Assembly: GCA_963664395.2 (NCBI GenBank)
Contig: OY761159.2
Coordinates: 2,688,001 to 2,752,000, forward strand
Origin: Candidatus Binatia bacterium
GTDB lineage: Bacteria; Desulfobacterota; Binatia; Bin18
Reading direction: 5' to 3'
DNA length: 64,000 bases
Every line of letters starts with the position of its first letter. Position 1 is the stretch's first letter. Below the pieces are notes generated by a model, which saw only the letters and a list, made by a program, of their open reading frames with translations, searched no databases and was not told where the DNA came from. Below are positions 57,482 to 64,000 of the stretch, piece after piece. A program made the position numbers and the translations under genes.

Positions 57482-58951
57482 ATGTTCTTTTTACTTCGTC
57501 TTTGCTTTTGGCTTGTCATCTTTCTCCCGTCTCTGGTTCATACTGAAGTGCTGGAGAATCCGGGTAACGATAATTCTTATTCTGGCATTGGGGCCATCTC
57601 GGGCTGGAAGTGTGAAGCCAACGGACCGCTCACCGTCCGCTTTTACGATGAGGACATGATGCCCATTAGTGACTTTATTCCTCTGGCCTATCTCAATGAG
57701 CGCTCCGACACCGCCGAGGTCTGCGGAGATACAAACAACGGCTTTGTCGCTATCTGGAACTGGGGAATACTCGGTGATGGGACCCATACCGCCGTGGCTT
57801 ACGATAGTGAGGAGGAGTTTGCGCAGAGTACATTTAAGGTGACAACCCTGGGAGAAGAATTTGTGGAGGGAGCGCGTGCCAACGTCAGTGTCCCAGATTT
57901 CCCCGTCCCAGGAGAAACCGCTCACTTTGTCTGGAACGAAGGGACGCAACACCTGGAAGTCGACTACCTCAGCGCGACTGCTCCATCACTTACGCAGAGT
58001 CCTAATGATCTCCTCGGAACGTGGCGATTTACCACAACGTACAGGGGTGAAGAACACACAGACAACAGGGGTAAAGAACACACGGATGACTGGATGTTCT
58101 CCAGTATAGGAACAACGCCTGATGTCGTTCCTATTGCTATAGGTCTCGCAGAATCACGATATCCTGCCCAAGGCGGATATATCCAAGATGTTGCCCCGGA
58201 CCTGAACTGTAAATATGACTATGTAGTCTACTGGGTATCTTCACTTTCCTGCAATATTCTGGCCTTTAATCTCGCATCATCAACGAGAGGAGACGGGATT
58301 CGTGCATTCGCACGACCCGATGTACTGCGATATTTTTACAATTCTCATTCTCGACAAATCGATAGAGGAGGAAAATGGCGAGCGCTGACAAACGCTCCAA
58401 ATGCCTCGGCCATCGATGCTTTAACCACCATAGAAGAAGTGAAGGAAAAGGTCTGGCATTTTACCCTCTCCTATCAGGATGCCGCAGGTGTAGGTCACGA
58501 TTCGTATTATGATGCAATCGCTGCAACAGATTACAGCATAATCCCCGAGACAGATTATAGAAAATGGATAATCGATATCGGAAAGGTGCGGCTGGAGTGG
58601 GATATTGTAGCAGCCAACAAGAGTATCATCACAAATGAAGATGGTACGACGCATACGCGTCTCGCTATCAATGTCAGGCCGGGGGCAAGAGTGCGAAATA
58701 ATATGGATGGCTTACCCTTCTCGCCGCTTGATCTGGACCAAAAAATACGCGAAGCCATGTCCGTGGTCCAGGTAATCGAACCTTATTCGTGCGGACCATA
58801 TGTGATATATAGTCCTGAGAACGATGCCATTAGTTCTGAGAACAACGTCATAACAACAGTGGTCCGTACCCGCTCCCCTCGGCTGGTCAGTAGGGCAGAA
58901 CCGCAGGACGGAGACGCCCTGCTCAGGGCAGTGGAAGAAGTGTGCGAATAA
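57482..58951 (+). CDS. Secreted protein: signal peptide, unnamed LENP...SGW.C domain, then a unique AT-richer C-terminal region
   Basis: GAGG RBS, hydrophobic N-terminus. Residues ~22-160 align with the two C-terminal repeats of the neighbouring M4 peptidase. Confidence 0.8.
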   Translation: MFFLLRLCFWLVIFLPSLVHTEVLENPGNDNSYSGIGAISGWKCEANGPLTVRFYDEDMMPISDFIPLAYLNERSDTAEVCGDTNNGFVAIWNWGILGDGTHTAVAYDSEEEFAQSTFKVTTLGEEFVEGARANVSVPDFPVPGETAHFVWNEGTQHLEVDYLSATAPSLTQSPNDLLGTWRFTTTYRGEEHTDNRGKEHTDDWMFSSIGTTPDVVPIAIGLAESRYPAQGGYIQDVAPDLNCKYDYVVYWVSSLSCNILAFNLASSTRGDGIRAFARPDVLRYFYNSHSRQIDRGGKWRALTNAPNASAIDALTTIEEVKEKVWHFTLSYQDAAGVGHDSYYDAIAATDYSIIPETDYRKWIIDIGKVRLEWDIVAANKSIITNEDGTTHTRLAINVRPGARVRNNMDGLPFSPLDLDQKIREAMSVVQVIEPYSCGPYVIYSPENDAISSENNVITTVVRTRSPRLVSRAEPQDGDALLRAVEEVCE

Positions 58952-58984
58952 TAGGACGGTGAATTCATACCTGAACAGGCAGGT

Positions 58985-59012
58985 GTAGGGGCGGTTCGCG
59001 AACCGCCCCTAC
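58985..59012. repeat. GTAG-type REP palindrome (perfect, 28 bp)
   Basis: GTAGGGGCGGTTCGCGAACCGCCCCTAC between convergent genes. Confidence 0.8.
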
Positions 59013-59107
59013 TTCTCCCAAAAAGGGCAAATATATGGCGGCCAACCAGACCGGACGGAGGAACGGGTCGCGGCAATTGTAGCCGAGGCTCGTAAGCCTT
59101 AACCCCT

Positions 59108-62100
59108 TCACTGTAGCTCGGTAATGACAAAATTCTGCGAAGCCTGTTGCCATTCAACAATGACATTCGTTCCCTGCTTTGGAAAATTCGGTAGCCTATA
59201 GGTTCCGCTGACTCCAGTCAGAAACTCCGTTCCTAGCGTTGTCACGGTAAACCTTGCCCGGCCAAACTCCCGGCCATCGGCTAAGGCACGCACCGTATGG
59301 GTTCCGTCACCCAGCAGAGTTCCAGTTAAACAGCAGGCCAAAGCCATTATTCGTATCGCCACAGACCCCCGCCGTGTCGCTACGAATGGTCCCATAGCCG
59401 GCCTTCAAGGTCAGGCGAGCATTGATTTCGATCTCGACCTTCTGGGCGTCACACACCCAGCCGGAGAACAGGCCGATCCCGCTCTGAAACGAGCTGGGGG
59501 AGGGATTTTCTAAGGTGCCACGCGGACCGCCGGTCGCGGCTTGCGTGAGGGTGGCGTTTGCCGGGCTCACGACGCTGCTCAGCGCGGGGTGTCGGGACTC
59601 GGTAATCACGAAGTTCTGCGACGCCTGTTGCCAGTCAATCCGAACATTCTGATTAGCGTGTGGAAAATCGCCTAAGGTGTAGGCTCCGCTGGCTCCGGTC
59701 AGGAACTCTGTTCCCAGCGTTGTCACGGTAAACCTGGCTCTGCCGAACTCGACCCCATCGGCCAGGGCACGCACCGTATGCGTGCCATCTCCCAGTAGAT
59801 TCCAATTGAAGAGGAGTGCAAAGCCGTTATTGCTATCTCCACAAACGCTAGTCGTGTCGCTCCGAATGGTCCCGTACGCGGCATTCAGTCGTGTCGTCCC
59901 GTTAATTTCAATTTCAACTCTTTGAGCGTCACACACCCAGCCGGAGAACAGCCCGATCCCGCTCTGGAATGAGCCTGCTCCCGGATTCTCTAACACGCCA
60001 GTGAGGTTCGAGCGAGAACTCGGACGGCGGTAGATCACGCCATAATTAGCGTTCTCCAACCACATTGATGCTTGACCCTGTGGCGTAATATGATCGGCGG
60101 CTAATGGCTGTCTGAACAGGGAAAACCCGCTCGAAACACTCGGGTCGCGTTGTGTGAACACAAGTGCCGAATCGTCGCCAGTGTACCCAGGCACGCTAAA
60201 GTCGCCAGTGACTGTCGCAATAGGCGCGGTCTCTCCGGTATTCAGATCGGCAGCATAGACAGTCGATTGATTCCGGGCCTCATCAAAGACATCAAAGGTC
60301 AGAAAATTATCGCTGTTTTGGCTCAGGGCGGGAAAGCCAATATTAAGACCACGGATGGGTGGAATCAGAGCCAAGTTCGTTCCTGTTTTAAGATTCAAGG
60401 CGTACAGGCTCCATTGTCTCAGCCGAGAGCCATCGCTGAAGGCCACAGCATTGAGGGCATCGTAGACCAGCCACTGCCCGTCGAGTGTGAAGTCCATGGC
60501 GTCGGCCTGAAGGATGGTGTTTGTTCCAGGACCGTCATACGCCGGCGCCCTCAGGGTGAAAGTCTTCGGCTCATCCGCCCCCAAATCAATAACGCTGATC
60601 CTGTTATCCGAGTTGCCCTGAGCATCCAGAAGAACAAATCCAAACAACTGGCTATCGGGCGACATGGCAACAGAATGGACCAGGCCAGGGTATCCGAGAC
60701 AGCTTTCCCCGCTACTATCGGTGCTGACGAGGCAGACATCATTTTGGGCATTGACAAAGACGGCCAATTCGCCGTTGCGGGAGACGGAGGGACGGGCGGC
60801 AGCCACGATAGCATTGGCAAGTTGAGAGCCGTGTGCTTCGTCGCCGTGAGCGTCTTCGCGTCGCCCCAGCCGGAAATTGCCGAATTCGTCCCGATACACG
60901 AAAAGGGTGGAATCCGGCCCTCGAACGCTGGGGATAGCCGGTGGGTCCGGTGTGGGCGGAGCAGAGTCGGAAATCTCGACCGCATCAAACGCCTCGGCCG
61001 TTTTCCGGGCTTGGATTGATTCCGAACCAAAGAGTTCTTCCGCAGCTTGAATACAGGCCAGGCGGGCGTCAACAAACTGCGAATTTCGGACCAGATGGAC
61101 GGTCAGTGCGCGGTAGAAAATCCGCTCGGCATCGCGCAGGCCAATGGCTCCGTCGAGGCCGGCTGCGAGCAAATAAAAAGCTCGGTTGGGAATACTGCTG
61201 TTGAAGTGAACGCCGCCCTCGTCCTCTTGCGTATAAATAAACTCGCTCATTTTAGTTGGATACGGTCTGTGGCCGTCGAAGGCGAGAGCGGCGGGGTTCT
61301 TCATATTGCGTACCGGTGTGCCTAGCTGCTGGCCAACAAGCCAGTCCGGCCTGCCTGCGGTCCGGGCTTCGATCATCTCACCAAAGATGTCTGCAAACGA
61401 CTCGTTCAGCGCACCAGGCTGGTTTTGATAGATCAGATTCGCCGAGTACTGGATGACAGCGTGGGTCAATTCGTGGCCGACCACATCGAGCGCCCCGGCA
61501 AATGGGAGCCCATCACCAAATCCCAGCACGGAGCCATCCCAGAATGCATTGTACCGAGACTCTCCACCGATACGCACAATCGCTGGAATCGTCGCGCCCT
61601 GACCATCAAACGAACTCCGGTTGTGCCGCTCACGGTAATAGTCGTAGGCTTGAGAGAGATTGTACGACGCACTGACTGCATCGGGCAGCCAACCCGAGGT
61701 TGGGCTGGACGACCAGATGAGAGGGTATAATGGCGTTAAGGTCGGCAGGAATTCCAGGTTCAGCGCATCGCGGACCCAAATAACGCCACTCTCATCTAGA
61801 GGGTTGAACATCGGCTTACTGGTATTGACCATCCAAAAAAGACCGCTCTCCTGCCAGACGTTGAGCCGCCGGGTCCGGCCGAACAGGTCCACGCCCGAGC
61901 CCGCAACCTGCTGGTGCATGACCAGACTATAGGCGGTCAGTTCGGCGCCGTTGACGGCATCAATGACCACCAGCCAACGGGAGGTCAAATCGATGGCCAA
62001 CTCCAACTTCCAGGCCAGTCGGGGCGGGGTGTCGCCCGGCGCATAGATGATGAGCTCGGAGGCGCTGACCTCGGCTTTCGCCCCGTCAGTCAGCCCGGTT

Positions 62101-62810
62101 CGGGCGTACTCGGCTGCGGCCGCTTCGTCGAGAACAGGAGCAGTCCCGAGCTTTTTGGGCGTGGGCACGAACGCCCCATTCATCACATCGACATGGCCCT
62201 CCGGGCTGAGGTGCACGATCACATCGGCCGGCCAGACGGGCACGCCTCGATACTCCTGCTGAAAGCGCAGATGCGTCCGGCCAAGCTCGTCGGTGTGCCG
62301 ATGGACCAGGACAAGTTCGGCGTGCGGGTCGTCCAGACGCAGCAGGTCGCAATTCGTGCGTAGAAACGTCCGGGCGGTCGTGAGCTGCGGATCGCTCCCT
62401 GTGGAAAAACCGTACTGGGCGCGCTGTAAAACCTCGCCCTTGATCTGGCGCGGCGTTCCGGCCAGAGGGCGCACGACCACCGAAACCTCACCGGGACAAC
62501 GGGTCTCAAGCTCGGACAGAGCTTGGCTCTGCTCGGGAGTAAGCTGGGGGGTGAATGGTGCCGCCGCTTGGAGGTCGGCCAGACGTTGGCGGAGACGCTC
62601 AGCCAACTCTGCCGCCCGCGGGTCCGGGTCAACTTCTAATGGCTCGCTCGCCGGAGCCAGCGTGTTGGGCTGAAACAGCGGATAGAGACGCAACGCCGGG
62701 GTATCGCCGCCGGCCAGATTCCGACTCAGCAGGAGAATCGCCAGCAGAACGATGCCACAGCCAAACGCTCTTCTCAGGTGCCCCTGACGCTGTTTCCGAC
62801 GAGCAGTCAT
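59108..62810 (-). CDS. M4 (thermolysin) family metallopeptidase with FTP/PepSY propeptide, TolB-like propeller and two C-terminal LENP domains; +1 frameshift at about 59318
   Basis: NAFWDG, HELTH, GALNESFAD, GGVHFNS. The ORF stops at 59307, but homology to the first repeat (LLGDGTHTVRALADG...NFVITE) continues in another frame to 59108. Confidence 0.88.
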
Positions 62811-63571
62811 AGCCTTTTGTTCTGTATGGCTGACAGTTGTTGCAGTATGGTGCCCGTCTGAGCATCAATCATCATCTCCCACCCTTCGGCCAAACTCAGA
62901 AGAGCCAGAACGCGATAGGCCAGACGTGGAGCTTTGCCTTCCGCCGCAAAGATCACGAGTGCAGCCTGACATTTGAGACATCCGGCGAGGGGTTTTCCCA
63001 GATGATTCGCGGCCCGTTGCAGGGCAGCCTGGTTTGTCAGGCTTGGGTCGATAGACAGATTGTGCGGAGTTGGAATATAGCGCCCCTGGATGAGGTAGAC
63101 CTGCCTGTCGGCGTTGAGGTGGACAAGCAGCTCGGCGGCCCAGACCGGAACGTCGTGAAAGGTCTGCTGGAGGCGGACATGGGTCAGCCCCAGATTGTCG
63201 GTCTTGACTGATTGCAGCTGTAGTTCGTCGGCTGGCTGAGTGAGCCGGAAATCAGCCCGGTAGGCGTGAATGAACGCGCGGGCAAGGTCTCCAAATTGAT
63301 TGTTTGCTTGCAGTTGGGCGAAATCTGGGTCGTGCTCCAGATGCTCGGAAAGATTAGGGGCTTTCAAAAAGGTGATCGTTCCCAGCCGCGGGTCACGCCG
63401 GATTTCCGTCCGCGCCGGAAAGGTGTTCACTGCTGCTGATAGCCGAGGGCTGCTTGGCTGCACTGGCATTGTGAGTGGTCGTTTTGGCTGAGCCTGTACG
63501 GCGCTACAGGCAATAACCGAAAGCGAGAGCACGAGAAGGACAGGCCGTGCTCTGGAATGGCATAGGGCCAT
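62807..63571 (-). CDS. Stand-alone M4 propeptide protein (FTP + PepSY domains, no catalytic domain)
   Basis: Signal peptide; TDNLGLTHVRLQQTFHDVPVWAAELLVHL, PRLAYRV, MIDAQTGTIL; ATGA overlap with the protease gene. Confidence 0.8.
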   Translation of the reverse strand: MALCHSRARPVLLVLSLSVIACSAVQAQPKRPLTMPVQPSSPRLSAAVNTFPARTEIRRDPRLGTITFLKAPNLSEHLEHDPDFAQLQANNQFGDLARAFIHAYRADFRLTQPADELQLQSVKTDNLGLTHVRLQQTFHDVPVWAAELLVHLNADRQVYLIQGRYIPTPHNLSIDPSLTNQAALQRAANHLGKPLAGCLKCQAALVIFAAEGKAPRLAYRVLALLSLAEGWEMMIDAQTGTILQQLSAIQNKRL

Positions 63572-63588
63572 CAATTATTTGCACCCGA

Positions 63589-64000
63589 CTACTCAAAGCC
63601 GACAATGCGAACGTCTTCGAGTCGAAACTCGCCGTCACGCTGCGCGTACCAGCCGGTGAGTTCAAGCGGGGTGCCGGGCTGGGCCTGGGCAATTTTTGCG
63701 AGTGTGTCTCGCGGGCCGGTCACATCAAGGTCGGCTTTTCGCTTGCCAGCCCGGTGCAGGAAAATTTGACGTGGAGTGAGTTGGGGTGAATTCGGTGCGC
63801 TGACATTCGTGACTTCGAGCTGGAAGTCGCCCCGATAGCCGGTGACGCCAAGCTGAATGACTGCCAAGGCATCCGGGGCCGGGTCGGTATTCAGAAAACC
63901 GGTAACCACGACCTTAAAAGGAAAACGCCGGGTCTTGGCCGAGGGGCGATCCCCGCCCACGCCCGCCCCACCTTGTGCCAGGACAGACGCTGTGGGCAGC
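63589..64000 (-). CDS. Hypothetical exported protein, 5' end outside the window
   Basis: The frame stays open to the window edge (LPTASVLAQGGAG..., resembling a signal-peptide end); co-oriented with the protease operon. Confidence 0.6.
   Translation of the reverse strand, partial: LPTASVLAQGGAGVGGDRPSAKTRRFPFKVVVTGFLNTDPAPDALAVIQLGVTGYRGDFQLEVTNVSAPNSPQLTPRQIFLHRAGKRKADLDVTGPRDTLAKIAQAQPGTPLELTGWYAQRDGEFRLEDVRIVGFE

Overview
A gene-dense, GC-rich bacterial chromosomal window with about 60 CDS and no rRNA, tRNA, CRISPR array or transposase that I can see. The gene mix resembles Candidatus Binatia/Deltaproteobacteria-type metagenome bins, but that is an impression, not a search result. (1) 1-29 kb is an oxidative/catabolic region. 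It holds two Rieske oxygenases (one frameshifted, next to an amidohydrolase with a large in-frame deletion), four luciferase-like monooxygenases, an HpaB-type monooxygenase, VOC, GST, SDR and MFS genes, an orphan NorD/CbbO-like VWA protein and a tandem pair of about 96%-identical amidohydrolases. (2) 30.5-33.2 kb is an AT-richer islet with a DUF5131 three-Cys/TcmP pair, a lipoprotein and a 200-bp MITE containing REP-like hairpins. (3) 33-57 kb is mostly housekeeping: tenA operon, trmJ, rpoZ, rpoH, cinA-like, and mutS2-DUF309-degenerate leuD-like followed by an archaeal-type Hel308-like helicase. (4) 57-64 kb is a secreted-protein locus. The same unnamed ~135-aa Cys-pair domain occurs three times in two unrelated proteins, and a thermolysin-family protease sits just downstream of a free-standing copy of its own propeptide. 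The best candidates for something new are that modular secreted domain and protease locus, the DUF5131-TcmP islet, the Hel308-like/pseudo-LeuD cluster and the patchily homogenised amidohydrolase pair. All family calls come from motif recognition by eye; no database searches were run.
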